A DNA stretch of 32,000 nucleotides from Promethearchaeota archaeon (GTDB lineage: Archaea > Asgardarchaeota > Lokiarchaeia > Sigyniarchaeales > SOKP01), in the NCBI GenBank assembly GCA_030606485.1, contig JAUWGH010000005.1, forward strand, positions 150,001 to 182,000, written 5' to 3'. The notes under the pieces are model-generated. The model was given only the letters and a program-made list of their open reading frames with translations, was not told the origin of the DNA and ran no database searches. Below are positions 7,923 through 18,068 of the stretch, one piece after another. Numbering within the stretch: the first letter of the stretch is position 1; the number at the start of each line of letters is the position of its first letter. A program made the translations under genes and the position numbers.

Positions 7923-9608
7923 TTGGAAATAATGGAATCCTTGCGAAAAAAATTGTATGAAGAGAAATGGAATTTTAAAAATAGAGACATTATTATTAAC
8001 AAATTACAAAAAGACCCTTATGATATTATTATTATAGGAGGAGGCATCACGGGGGCTGGAGTTGCAAGAGAAGCTGCCCTAAGGGGCTTAAAAGTTGCTT
8101 TAATCGATAAACAAGATTTTGCTACAGGAACATCATCTAGAAGTACAAAAATGGCCCATGGTGGTCTTAGATATTTAGAAAGTTATGAATTTAGATTGGT
8201 CCGTGAAGCTACTACAGAAAGAAATTGGTTATTGGCTCATCTCCCTCATCTAATTAGACCACTTCGGATATTAATGACTATATGGCAGGATAGGAAAGAT
8301 AGTCTGTCTAAAGCTAATTTAGCTCTAAGAGTATACGATCTTTTAAGTGATTCATACTCCAAATTTAAAACTTATAAGAAACATGAAGTTCTAAAACCGG
8401 AAGAAATCATAGAGCTCGAACCTTTTATGAAAAAGGAAGGTCTTTTGGGAGGCGGCACATATTATGATACAAATGTAGACGATGCAAGATTAGTATTAGA
8501 ATCGCTAAAAGAAGCAGTTGTAAGAGGGACTGACGCAATTAATTATGTTGAATTTAAATCTTTTATTAAGGAAGACGGAAAAATTATTGGAATTAAATGC
8601 TTAGATCTTGAAAAAAATATAGAATTCGAAATAAAAGGAAAGCAAGTTGTAAATGCAACGGGAATATGGACTGATCAAATCCTTGAAAAATATCCTGATG
8701 ATATTCCAGAACCGGTCATTAGCCCAACTAAAGGAGTTCATTTAGTATTTCCTCTTGAAAAAATAAAAAATAATAATGCATTGATTATGCGCTCAGTTGA
8801 TGATAATCGCGGGATGTTTTTAATACCTCGAGGAAATTTTACTTTAATAGGAACAACAGATACAGATTATAAAGATGATCTAGATAACCCGTACTGCACT
8901 AAAGAAGATGCAGATTATATAATTAGAGCTGTTAAATATCTTTTTCCTGATGCAGACTTAAAATATGACAATATGATTTCAACATTTGCAGGAATTCGAC
9001 CTTTAGTAATGCAAAAAGGAAAATCTGAAAGCGAACTCTCAAGAGATCATTTGATCTTCTGGTCCGATGATGGATTGCTTACAATCACTGGCGGTAAATT
9101 AACTACATATAGAAAAATGGCAGAAGATTTATTTAAAAAACTCATAAAGCAAAAGACGTTTAAAGGTATCAAGAGAAAGAAAAACTTCTCCAGACAAAAA
9201 TTTATCATCGGCTTAGAAAAGTCTGAATGGCAAGAATTTATTGAAACTAATAATCCAAAATTAGACAAAGATATTTTAGACTACCTCTATCAACAATACG
9301 GACATGGTGCCATAAAAATTGTAGAAATGTGTCAAAAAGACACTGTTCTAAAAGAGCGACTCTTACCTGAGCATCCCTTTATTACTGGAGAAATTGTGTA
9401 TTCGCTTAAAAATGAGCAAGTTCCTCATTTAATTGATGTCTTTTGCAGACGAACTGAAATGGCAATCCTAATACATCATACAAAACAGAAAATCGTTACC
9501 GAAAAAGTCGCCGAAATTATGGCTAAAGAATATGGATGGAATGAAGAGAAAAAAAGTGAGGAAATTAAAATCCATCTGGACCACATCAAAAAAACTATCT
9601 TTTTTTAA
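7923..9608 (+). CDS. glpD: FAD-dependent glycerol-3-phosphate dehydrogenase (GlpD/GlpA family)
   Basis: IIIIGGGITGAGVARE, DFATGTSSRSTKMAHGGLRYL, VDDARL, VVNATGIWTDQI, TKGVHLV, GTTDTDY, FAGIRPL, GGKLTTYRKMAE and RRT motifs. The start may be ATG 7932. Confidence 0.93.
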   Translation: MEIMESLRKKLYEEKWNFKNRDIIINKLQKDPYDIIIIGGGITGAGVAREAALRGLKVALIDKQDFATGTSSRSTKMAHGGLRYLESYEFRLVREATTERNWLLAHLPHLIRPLRILMTIWQDRKDSLSKANLALRVYDLLSDSYSKFKTYKKHEVLKPEEIIELEPFMKKEGLLGGGTYYDTNVDDARLVLESLKEAVVRGTDAINYVEFKSFIKEDGKIIGIKCLDLEKNIEFEIKGKQVVNATGIWTDQILEKYPDDIPEPVISPTKGVHLVFPLEKIKNNNALIMRSVDDNRGMFLIPRGNFTLIGTTDTDYKDDLDNPYCTKEDADYIIRAVKYLFPDADLKYDNMISTFAGIRPLVMQKGKSESELSRDHLIFWSDDGLLTITGGKLTTYRKMAEDLFKKLIKQKTFKGIKRKKNFSRQKFIIGLEKSEWQEFIETNNPKLDKDILDYLYQQYGHGAIKIVEMCQKDTVLKERLLPEHPFITGEIVYSLKNEQVPHLIDVFCRRTEMAILIHHTKQKIVTEKVAEIMAKEYGWNEEKKSEEIKIHLDHIKKTIFF

Positions 9609-9704
9609 TTTTTCATTGTGACAAAAATCGGACGCAATAAATATTTAAAATCAAGAATTCATCTAATACTTAAAATTATAATATTTTAGAAAATGTGATG
9701 TTTA

Positions 9705-10388
9705 ATGATTTTTCAAATTTGGGATATATTTCAAGTTTTCTTTGATTGGGTTGCAGAATCGGCCGCAATCATGTTAGTTTTATCGGGATTAATGGCAATT
9801 ACTTGGATATTTTATGAAGGTAAGCGACGACGCAGCTTTACTAAAAGAAAGGTTGATGAATATGAGTTCGATGTTACTAAATTTTTAAGAATATTATCTT
9901 ATCTAGGAATTGTACTTGGAGTTTTTTGTATTTTTGCTGGAGCTGTGGGTTTGCTCCGAAATCTTCCACCAAGCTTTAAGTATGAGGAGGTTTATGGCCC
10001 CAATGCAGGAGCTAATATTTTTACCTCAATATCTTTAATAATCCTCGGAATTGTTATGTTCTTGAAGCCAATAAATGATTTACCTTGGGCTGGAATAATT
10101 GGTTTAATTGTAGGAAGTGTAGTAACCTTTATTATAGCAATAGCTGTTCCAGATATACTTGTGGAGTTTATAGCAGCTTATATAGACCCGCGGTGGGTGC
10201 TAGGGATCATATTTCTTATCATGGTAGCAATAGTGGCGCTAACAGTAAAATTTTACATTTCTGGGCTGATGGCAATATCAAAAGTGCTTTCCTGGCCTCC
10301 AATAGCCCTAATAATTGTGCTCTACTGCTTCATACAGGGATTCTGTTTGTGGGGATTTGGATTTTCTGTAGTTCCGAACCTATTTTAG
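9705..10388 (+). CDS. Multi-pass membrane protein (about 6 TM), function unknown
   Basis: About six hydrophobic segments, with a basic KRRR loop after TM1. Confidence 0.75.
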   Translation: MIFQIWDIFQVFFDWVAESAAIMLVLSGLMAITWIFYEGKRRRSFTKRKVDEYEFDVTKFLRILSYLGIVLGVFCIFAGAVGLLRNLPPSFKYEEVYGPNAGANIFTSISLIILGIVMFLKPINDLPWAGIIGLIVGSVVTFIIAIAVPDILVEFIAAYIDPRWVLGIIFLIMVAIVALTVKFYISGLMAISKVLSWPPIALIIVLYCFIQGFCLWGFGFSVVPNLF

Positions 10389-10429
10389 TTATATACCTAA
10401 ATTAATAATATTTTTTCTTTTTAATTTTT

Positions 10430-11536
10430 TTAAAAGAAAGAGAATCTTCTGGATTTGGAATTGGTATTATATTGTCCAACTAATCCTGGTAATTTTTCCC
10501 CACAATTACCACATTTATTGCCATCTTTTAAATTAATTTTTGTAAAACTATAACCTGAACGTCCCAATACTAAATTATCACAATTGGGGCAGTAGGTATT
10601 ATCTCCCTTGGGATGTCTCATATTCCCGACATAGACAAAATACAGCCCTTCTTCTTTCGCAATATTATACGCTTTATCTAAAATCTCATAAGAAGTTCTT
10701 TTTTCGGACATTTTAAATGTGGGATAATATGCAGAGAAATGTAATGGTGTTTCGGGACCCAAATTATCCTTTACCCATTTTGCCAAATTTCTAATCTCAT
10801 CTAAATCATCATTCTGATTAGGGATTATTAAGTTAGTTGTTTCAATATGCATGCCCGCTTTTTTCCATCTTATACAAGTATCTAATACTGGTTGTAAGGA
10901 GGGAACTCCACACAATTCTTTATAAAACTTGTCAGTAAAGGCTTTAATATCCACATTTGCAGCATCCATATATTTCACTAGTTCGGCAGATGCTTCTGGT
11001 GTTGAATATCCATTCGTCACAAGGATATTAAGTATATCGTGTTCATGCGCAAGTTTCGCTACATCTATTATAAATTCATGCCAAATTAAGGGTTCATTAT
11101 AAGTGTATGCGATTGTCTCCGCTCCACTATCAATTACTTTTTTTATCAATTTTTCTGGAGTTGTTTCATATAATCCCATACCTTTTCCTTCAAGTTCCTG
11201 AATATCGAAATATCCACTTTTTCCATTTTCAGTGGGAGTGCATTGTGAAATATTCCAATTTTGACAGTGTTTACATGTAAAATTGCACCCAATTGAGGCA
11301 ATAGAATAAGCAATTGCACCAGGCCAGAAATTATATAGTGGCTTTTTTTCAATTGGGTCTAAACTTCCCGGCGAAATCATTGACCCATAGATTAATGTAT
11401 ACATTTCACCATCAATATTCATTCTGGTCCTACAAAACCCTCTTTTTCCTGGAGCTCTAACACATCTCCATGCACAGACATTACATTTAACTTTTTTATC
11501 ATCTAATGGATCCCACAAAACAGCCTTTTTCTTCAT
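10430..11536 (-). CDS. amrS: AmmeMemoRadiSam-system radical SAM enzyme (PflA-like)
   Basis: N-terminal CxxCxxxC...GFCRTR, DPIEKKPLYNF, GCNFTCKHCQNWNISQ (CxxxCxxC), YTYNEP, DAANVDIKAF, and C-terminal CPNC/CGNC. Confidence 0.92.
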   Translation of the reverse strand: MKKKAVLWDPLDDKKVKCNVCAWRCVRAPGKRGFCRTRMNIDGEMYTLIYGSMISPGSLDPIEKKPLYNFWPGAIAYSIASIGCNFTCKHCQNWNISQCTPTENGKSGYFDIQELEGKGMGLYETTPEKLIKKVIDSGAETIAYTYNEPLIWHEFIIDVAKLAHEHDILNILVTNGYSTPEASAELVKYMDAANVDIKAFTDKFYKELCGVPSLQPVLDTCIRWKKAGMHIETTNLIIPNQNDDLDEIRNLAKWVKDNLGPETPLHFSAYYPTFKMSEKRTSYEILDKAYNIAKEEGLYFVYVGNMRHPKGDNTYCPNCDNLVLGRSGYSFTKINLKDGNKCGNCGEKLPGLVGQYNTNSKSRRFSFF

Positions 11537-11655
11537 ATCATCCCAAATCTTTTCTTTTTATTATTACATTTAATCAAATATATTATTGATAATTTTTTTT
11601 ATATTTTTAATTGTCTTTTTTTTAAATTTTATAGGAAAAATAGATAAAAGCACTT

Positions 11656-12576
11656 ATGTCTAAAAATTTATCTGAAATATCTAAGAGAGAATTGGAAAAT
11701 CAAATTAAAAGCTTAAAATTAGAATTAGTAGATTTAAAAAAGGAAGAGAGTAAATCAGATTATATTCATAAACTATACGATTTAGCACTACTTCAATCTG
11801 AGAATCACCAATTCGATGAGTCTATAAAAAATTTAGAAGAATGTTTAAAATATTATGAAACTAATCCCAATAATTTAGGAAAATCATCTATTTTCGGTTC
11901 TTTAGGAGTGGTTTGTTATTTAAATGAGGATTATATTAAGTCTCAAAAAAATTATCATAGCGCTCTTGAGTTGTATGAAAAGTTAAATCTTAAGCATGAA
12001 CAAATAGTATGTATGAAATCAATTGGGCTTAATTTAATGAAATTAAATAAACTAGACGAAGCTGTAAATATTCTTTTAGAATGCGCAGAACTTAGTAGTA
12101 AAGAAAAAAAGATTGAGGATTTTTTGGATTGCATTTCGAATTTAGTGCAAATTTACGAGCCTCAAAAGAAATGGGATGTAATGATTGAGCTTTATCAAAA
12201 AGGATTTAAGGCATTTGAAAAGTTAAACGACATAAAGGGCATAATTAATTCGCATTTTAATTTAGGAATTTTATATAAGAAATTAAATCAATATTTCGAA
12301 GCATTAAATCATTTCAAAAAGGGAACAAACTTAGCAAATGAAAGTAATTATGCAGAGTCTATTATAAAGGGTACTTCTTTAATAGGTGAAATTTACGTTA
12401 AACAAAACCAAATTAAAAAAGCTACTAAAGAATTTATTAAAAGTCTAAGTGTTGCAAAAAGGATTAAAGCAAATAACGCTGAAGCTCAATTAAATATATT
12501 ATTAAACAGCATGGGGCTTAATAGCAATCAAATAAATATTATGTTAAATGAATATGAAAAAGAATTGAATTCCTGA
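11656..12576 (+). CDS. Tetratricopeptide-repeat protein
   Basis: About 40-aa TPR periodicity (e.g. SIFGSLGVVCYLNEDYIKSQKNYHSALELYE; SHFNLGILYKKLNQYFEALNHFKKG). Confidence 0.85.
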   Translation: MSKNLSEISKRELENQIKSLKLELVDLKKEESKSDYIHKLYDLALLQSENHQFDESIKNLEECLKYYETNPNNLGKSSIFGSLGVVCYLNEDYIKSQKNYHSALELYEKLNLKHEQIVCMKSIGLNLMKLNKLDEAVNILLECAELSSKEKKIEDFLDCISNLVQIYEPQKKWDVMIELYQKGFKAFEKLNDIKGIINSHFNLGILYKKLNQYFEALNHFKKGTNLANESNYAESIIKGTSLIGEIYVKQNQIKKATKEFIKSLSVAKRIKANNAEAQLNILLNSMGLNSNQINIMLNEYEKELNS

Positions 12577-12583
12577 AAAAATA

Positions 12584-14035
12584 ATGAATGAGATAAATAT
12601 TTGCCCACATTGCGGTTTGGATATAGAAGAAGGTGCAAAATTCTGTTATAATTGTGGAAAACCGCTAATCTCGGGTTTAGATCATGATTCAGATACAAGC
12701 AATTTTAGTTTTGAGTTAGATAAAATTGAGATGGATTATTTATATGAACCATTAGATTTTTCCACATTATTGTCAATTTCCGAAGAAAAAGAGAAGTCTT
12801 TTACAAATTTAGAGATCGAGCAAAAGATTGCTGATATTGATATAGAAATAAATAAAAAACAACAATTTGGTGAAGATGTTAACGAATTATTAATTGAAAA
12901 GGCAACCTTCTATTATTTAAATAGAGATCTAAGTAATGCATCAAAATTATTTGAAACAGTGTTAGAAATATTCAGAAATGAAGGAAATCAAGAAAAAATG
13001 GGTCAAATTTACAATGATTTAGGTTTAATTTATGAGGATCTTGGCTATTTAGATGATTCTTTAAACAATTATGAAAATTCTATTGAGATATTTAAAAAAA
13101 TTGGAGATAATTTTACTTATGTAAAAGTGCTCAATAATATGGGAAATGTCCATATAACATTGCAAAATATCGAATTGGCTTATGAATATTATAGTAAAGC
13201 TCTTAATATATGTAAAGAAAATAAATTTCATAATGAGTATAGGCAAACTACAAGTAATTTAATTGAAATATATTTTAAATTAAATAATTTCCCTCAATCA
13301 TATAAGGCTTTAACTGAAAATATGCAATTTTTTAGAGATCATAATGATATTATTGGAGAAATTATTGCAAATTCAAAATTTGGAAAACTCTATTTTCTTT
13401 TAGGAAAGAATTATTACAAGCTAGCTACGAGTTATATTGAGATCTCCCAAAATCTTATCGGCACAATTGAAAATGAGATTGGGGAATTTAAAAAAGCTAA
13501 ATTAAGTTGGGAAAATTATAGATTCTTAGGATTGATTAATCTCGTATGGAATCAAAATGATATAGCAAAAAAAAATTTAGAATTATCCTTAAATTCAATT
13601 AATGTATTCAAATTGGGACCGAAAGTAGAAGAAGCTGTTATTTTAGAAGATATGGCTAAATTGTATTTCCTTAATGGTGATGACAATAATTCTTTGTTAT
13701 ATTATCAAAAAGCTGAAAAAACTTATGGTAATATTGGAAATGAAATTAAACAAGCAGAAATTAAAACTAAAGTTGCTGATATACTTTTCCAAATTTTCGA
13801 TGCTAATGATTCGGCTATTACTCATCTTGAACAATCATTAGATTTATACAGAGCGAATAATTATTTAAAAGAATCAGCTGAGGTATATGAAAAATTAGCT
13901 GTTATTTATGAAAAACTTGGCTCAAATGATAACGTAATTTTTCACTTAGAAAATGCGTTAAAGATATATACTAATTTGAAGGATGAGGATAGACAAAATC
14001 TATTAGAAAAAAAATTAAAAGAATTACTTTTTTAA
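12584..14035 (+). CDS. TPR protein with an N-terminal zinc ribbon
   Basis: CPHCG...CYNCG, then many TPRs (IYNDLGLIYEDLGYLDDSLNNYENS; VLNNMGNVHITLQNIELAYEYYSKAL). Starts 7 bp after the previous gene. Confidence 0.87.
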   Translation: MNEINICPHCGLDIEEGAKFCYNCGKPLISGLDHDSDTSNFSFELDKIEMDYLYEPLDFSTLLSISEEKEKSFTNLEIEQKIADIDIEINKKQQFGEDVNELLIEKATFYYLNRDLSNASKLFETVLEIFRNEGNQEKMGQIYNDLGLIYEDLGYLDDSLNNYENSIEIFKKIGDNFTYVKVLNNMGNVHITLQNIELAYEYYSKALNICKENKFHNEYRQTTSNLIEIYFKLNNFPQSYKALTENMQFFRDHNDIIGEIIANSKFGKLYFLLGKNYYKLATSYIEISQNLIGTIENEIGEFKKAKLSWENYRFLGLINLVWNQNDIAKKNLELSLNSINVFKLGPKVEEAVILEDMAKLYFLNGDDNNSLLYYQKAEKTYGNIGNEIKQAEIKTKVADILFQIFDANDSAITHLEQSLDLYRANNYLKESAEVYEKLAVIYEKLGSNDNVIFHLENALKIYTNLKDEDRQNLLEKKLKELLF

Positions 14036-14047
14036 AAAAATAAATAA

Positions 14048-15418
14048 CTACTCATTTGGGTTTTTCTTATGGTCTATTTTATATTTTTCAATTGCTTCTT
14101 TTGATTTATCTTCAACTCTCGTACCAATCCGCCCCATTTGAATAATGATCCATTCTGGGCTTCCTTTTCCATCTCCAAATTCGATCCACAAATACATGGT
14201 AAAACCCAACAGTGCTACGTATCCAATAATTATAAAAACGGCCCAAATTATATTCAAACTTGCGGGAAATAAGAAGAAACAGAGGTAATGTATTAAAAAC
14301 AGACTCAGGGATGTTTTACCATAATATATTAACATTATGAAAAAATCATTACTTGATCTTTTAATATCTAACAAGTAAAAGAAAATCGCTAGAATTAATA
14401 AAGCCATACCCATTAGGTAAATAGTATTACTGGGTTGACCATGAATTAAAAATCGAAACATTCCAGGAAAATAAGTTATAGGTTGTTGGTTCGCAATTGT
14501 CCAGAGTGTTATATCAATATATTCAACTCTTGCTGATTCTACATTCATCAATTCATATCCGAAAAAAATACCAATTAACACGAAAAAAAATCCCCATTTT
14601 ATAATTCTTTTTAAGAAGTTTTTATATGCCTTAAAAGTAGATTTTTGCATAGCCTCAGCTAACCATTCACCCCAAATTGACGAGATAAAACATATAGAAA
14701 TCCATGGAAATGGTGGTGCTTGGGGCGTTGGAGAATAAAGTATAAAATATATAAAGCTTGTGAATGAATTTATATCTGCATTATTTGTTATTAATGGGGG
14801 AACTGTAGTAGTAGAATCAACACCCATTTGAACCCACCAAATTGTAGGATCTATACCTTGTTCCACTAAGATTAATTCAGTTAAAATTATATTTAATTGT
14901 GGGGAGAACATAAGTATTATAAAACCGATAAATATTCTTCCCGGTTGTGATATTTTTAAAGCATAATATGAAAAAATTTGAGAAGCTCCGATGAAAACAA
15001 GTATATTCCATCCCCACATGTTAAAAGGAAATGTTAAACCCGGTAAATAAACCATATTGGATGCAAGAGTATAGAAACTACCAACCAACATTATCAAAAG
15101 TCCTCGACTAATAATTCTATTTCTAATTACGCTTTGTGGTAATTTGTCTTTCTTTTTTGTTAATGAAAATACTACTGAGAGAGCACTTAGAAAAATAAAC
15201 AGGGATGGTCCAAAGACATCAAGCCACATATATAAAATTCCATGTAAAAATATCCAATCTGAATCAAACCAATGACCTGATGTATGACATAAAATAATTA
15301 AAATAATTGCAAGACCTTTAACCAAATCGATTGATTGAATTCTTTTAATGCTACTATAATCTCGAATCTCTTCTTTAGGGATTGTTTCTTTTAAATAATC
15401 TGGAATTATTGAGATATT
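14048..15418 (-). CDS. DUF1624 / heparan-alpha-glucosaminide N-acetyltransferase-like multi-pass membrane protein; start uncertain
   Basis: The open frame extends 31 codons upstream of the called TTG (15325) and contains KRIQSIDLVKGLAI. Also has CH, FIFLSALS, PPFPW and YYGKTSLSLFLIH motifs, and about 10 TMs. Confidence 0.75.
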   Translation of the reverse strand, partial: NISIIPDYLKETIPKEEIRDYSSIKRIQSIDLVKGLAIILIILCHTSGHWFDSDWIFLHGILYMWLDVFGPSLFIFLSALSVVFSLTKKKDKLPQSVIRNRIISRGLLIMLVGSFYTLASNMVYLPGLTFPFNMWGWNILVFIGASQIFSYYALKISQPGRIFIGFIILMFSPQLNIILTELILVEQGIDPTIWWVQMGVDSTTTVPPLITNNADINSFTSFIYFILYSPTPQAPPFPWISICFISSIWGEWLAEAMQKSTFKAYKNFLKRIIKWGFFFVLIGIFFGYELMNVESARVEYIDITLWTIANQQPITYFPGMFRFLIHGQPSNTIYLMGMALLILAIFFYLLDIKRSSNDFFIMLIYYGKTSLSLFLIHYLCFFLFPASLNIIWAVFIIIGYVALLGFTMYLWIEFGDGKGSPEWIIIQMGRIGTRVEDKSKEAIEKYKIDHKKNPNE

Positions 15419-15514
15419 TCAACACTTCCTTTCAAAAAATATTTTTAATTGATAAATATATAACAAATTTATTTATAATACTTTATAAAAACTAGATTTT
15501 TTTAGAGATTTATA

Positions 15515-16195
15515 TCAGTTATCTTTTTTTTTATTGTCTACTTCAAAATCTTCGGTTCCATAAGTTATTCTATCGAATTCCTCGAATCCAAGACCTTTGA
15601 TAAGTTTATATGATGCCATATTATCAACATAGACTTCACATCTTAATTCTTTTATTTTTTTTTTTTTAAAATATTCCCAACCATGCATTCCCAGTATTGT
15701 TCCAAGATATCTTCTTTGAAAGCGTGGTAATATTCCTAGACCAGCAATAGCACCAATTTTATTATCTTCTCCTTCTAAGTCTGTAATTATAAACCCCCCA
15801 TCTTGACCATATACTCTCGCAATAAATATTTTTGTTGATGGAATTTCAAATACGCCCTTTATCCCTTCTAAAGTAATAGGAGAGAAAGGAGTATTGCTTG
15901 TTAGCCATGCTCTATTATGAATATATCTTACGGATTCTAAATCCTCTATTGTTGCTTCTCTAATTTTTGCTCGTAATATATTACGAGAAATTTTCTCTTT
16001 TAATGATTGTTCAAATTCTTTAGTTATTTTTTCTACAGGTAATTTCATTTGTATATATGTCAACCCTTCTTCAATTAAACGAGTTTCGGTTGTTTCTTTT
16101 CCTTCTATAATATCTCGTCTGAAAAAGAAATTCCTAAGTAAAGTTTTTTTATAATTGAAATATCCCTTCTTATCTTTTTTCTCCTTTTTTGTCAT
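15515..16195 (-). CDS. GNAT-family N-acetyltransferase
   Basis: IREATIEDL, IAGLGILPRFQRRYLGTIL (acetyl-CoA motif A) and CEVYVDNMASYKLIKGLGFEE (motif B). Confidence 0.88.
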   Translation of the reverse strand: MTKKEKKDKKGYFNYKKTLLRNFFFRRDIIEGKETTETRLIEEGLTYIQMKLPVEKITKEFEQSLKEKISRNILRAKIREATIEDLESVRYIHNRAWLTSNTPFSPITLEGIKGVFEIPSTKIFIARVYGQDGGFIITDLEGEDNKIGAIAGLGILPRFQRRYLGTILGMHGWEYFKKKKIKELRCEVYVDNMASYKLIKGLGFEEFDRITYGTEDFEVDNKKKDN

Positions 16196-16315
16196 GATAA
16201 TCTGAATATTCTTATATTTTTAAGAAAAATTATTTTTAATTAATAAAAAAAGGCAAAATATATTAAATCTTATATTTCTAGTTGAGTAAGATTTAATAAA
16301 ATTAATAAGAATCTT

Positions 16316-17965
16316 TCAAGAGATAAAATTTAACTTTTCTTCCATCTCTTTAGCTAAAACATCACTAATTATAGCGGAACTTTGTAAAGATGAAATTCCA
16401 TTTTGAATCTGCTTTTTAATATTTAGATCTTCTAATAAATTATTCTTCTCTCCAGAGAACTCAAAATTACTTCGAACCTTCATGTCTTCTTCAATTTTCA
16501 TCATTAAATTTTGAAAATATATGGAATAAGAGGGATCTAATTCTTCTTTTAATGATTCTGTATTTAATGCATTTCGATTTATGAAGCCTGGCAAAAGTAA
16601 TTTAATTTTTTCTTCAAATTCACCTTCTATTAGGCTCATATATAATGGAAAAAAGACCCAAATTACAGGCATGGATAAATTTCCTGCTTCATTATCTTTT
16701 ATATTCCAATTTTCAAGAACTTTTGCTTCTCTTAAGCAATCTTCACTCTTTTTCGATATTAAATCTTTAATTTCTTGAGATTTATTTTTTATATTATTTT
16801 TTAAATTTTTTAATTCACCAGATTCAAACTCTTTTTCCATCTGATACTTTAATATCATTTCATCTTTCTTAGAAAGTTGTTCGCCTAAGTTTTGTTTTAA
16901 ATCTTCTAATCTTTGTGTAGCTTTCTGATTAATTTCCTCACTTCTTTTAACATAACCATTAACTTGAGTCGTTATATTTCTTACTAGAGCGAATAAAGAC
17001 TGTATTTTTTCATTCATACCACCTATATGGTTTCTGCATTTAGAAATTACCTCCTCTAATCTAAACGCCTTTAGAGCATCATAATTAGTAAAAAATTTAT
17101 TTTTACCACCTAATTCCAATATTTTTCGATCTACAGTCATAAATTGTTGGGATATTGCTTCAATGAGTTTCTTTTTTTGTATTTGAATCCATAAGTCAAT
17201 TTTATCTTTCTCTTCTTTAATTCTCTCGTTGATAATTGAAGAATCAATAACTTTACTCATTTTTCCAATTTCCGAATCGTATCGTCCCTTAATATCTTTT
17301 TTCTTCACTTTTAAATCTAATAGCCATTTATCTGTTTCTTTATCGATTAACTTGATTAAATTCTGCCATCGCATTGCATTTCCTTTTAATAACTTAATAG
17401 TATTTCTATAATATTCTGCTAAATCTAATGCTAATTCGGTTATCAATGAACTATCTAAAACAGTATAATCCCTTATAGGTACATACTTTAATTTTGGTAG
17501 GACCTTTTTCAAACCTTCTAATAATCCAGGATTTAATAGAAATTTGATAGTAACTGTTTTAAATTCAGCCTCTTCTTCCTCTTCTTTAATTAAAGATAAT
17601 TGTTTTGCATCCTCATCTTTATAGGTGATTACAGCAATAATTTTCTCAAGAAGCTCAACTTGCGTTCTATTATCAATATTTCTTAAAATATGACCAACAA
17701 CTCCTTGCCTTGGAGGGTTAGTAATTTTATCATTAAATGATGCAATTGATAATCCTTCTAAAACAATATGGGTTGAAATTAATCCTTGTATAAAGACCAT
17801 TGGAATTAAAAGACGTGCAAATGATTTTATTTTTTCATTTTCTTTTAGGTCATGTGTCAATAAATAAAAAGATAAAGATAATTCTTCGTTTAAAGAAATT
17901 GGCTTAGATGCATATTCTTTTAAATAAAACATTGGAAGTATATTTTGCTGACCGTGAAACGACAT
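16316..17965 (-). CDS. Hypothetical protein with a long central coiled coil
   Basis: 549 aa; K/E/L/I heptad-rich middle region (about aa 185-420) between globular-looking termini. Confidence 0.75.
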   Translation of the reverse strand: MSFHGQQNILPMFYLKEYASKPISLNEELSLSFYLLTHDLKENEKIKSFARLLIPMVFIQGLISTHIVLEGLSIASFNDKITNPPRQGVVGHILRNIDNRTQVELLEKIIAVITYKDEDAKQLSLIKEEEEEAEFKTVTIKFLLNPGLLEGLKKVLPKLKYVPIRDYTVLDSSLITELALDLAEYYRNTIKLLKGNAMRWQNLIKLIDKETDKWLLDLKVKKKDIKGRYDSEIGKMSKVIDSSIINERIKEEKDKIDLWIQIQKKKLIEAISQQFMTVDRKILELGGKNKFFTNYDALKAFRLEEVISKCRNHIGGMNEKIQSLFALVRNITTQVNGYVKRSEEINQKATQRLEDLKQNLGEQLSKKDEMILKYQMEKEFESGELKNLKNNIKNKSQEIKDLISKKSEDCLREAKVLENWNIKDNEAGNLSMPVIWVFFPLYMSLIEGEFEEKIKLLLPGFINRNALNTESLKEELDPSYSIYFQNLMMKIEEDMKVRSNFEFSGEKNNLLEDLNIKKQIQNGISSLQSSAIISDVLAKEMEEKLNFIS

Positions 17966-18068
17966 AATTTATTTTTTAAATCTTTTTTTTAAAAAAACGG
18001 ACTTACTTTAAGAGCTATTATAAAGGATTATTATAAATAATTTTTTGAATTCTATCTTAAATTTCAAT

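Noticed and set aside
12574-12594. TGA readthrough (selenocysteine) joining the two TPR genes
   Set aside because: A second in-frame TGA follows within four codons, the next gene is in a different frame, and no SECIS is evident.
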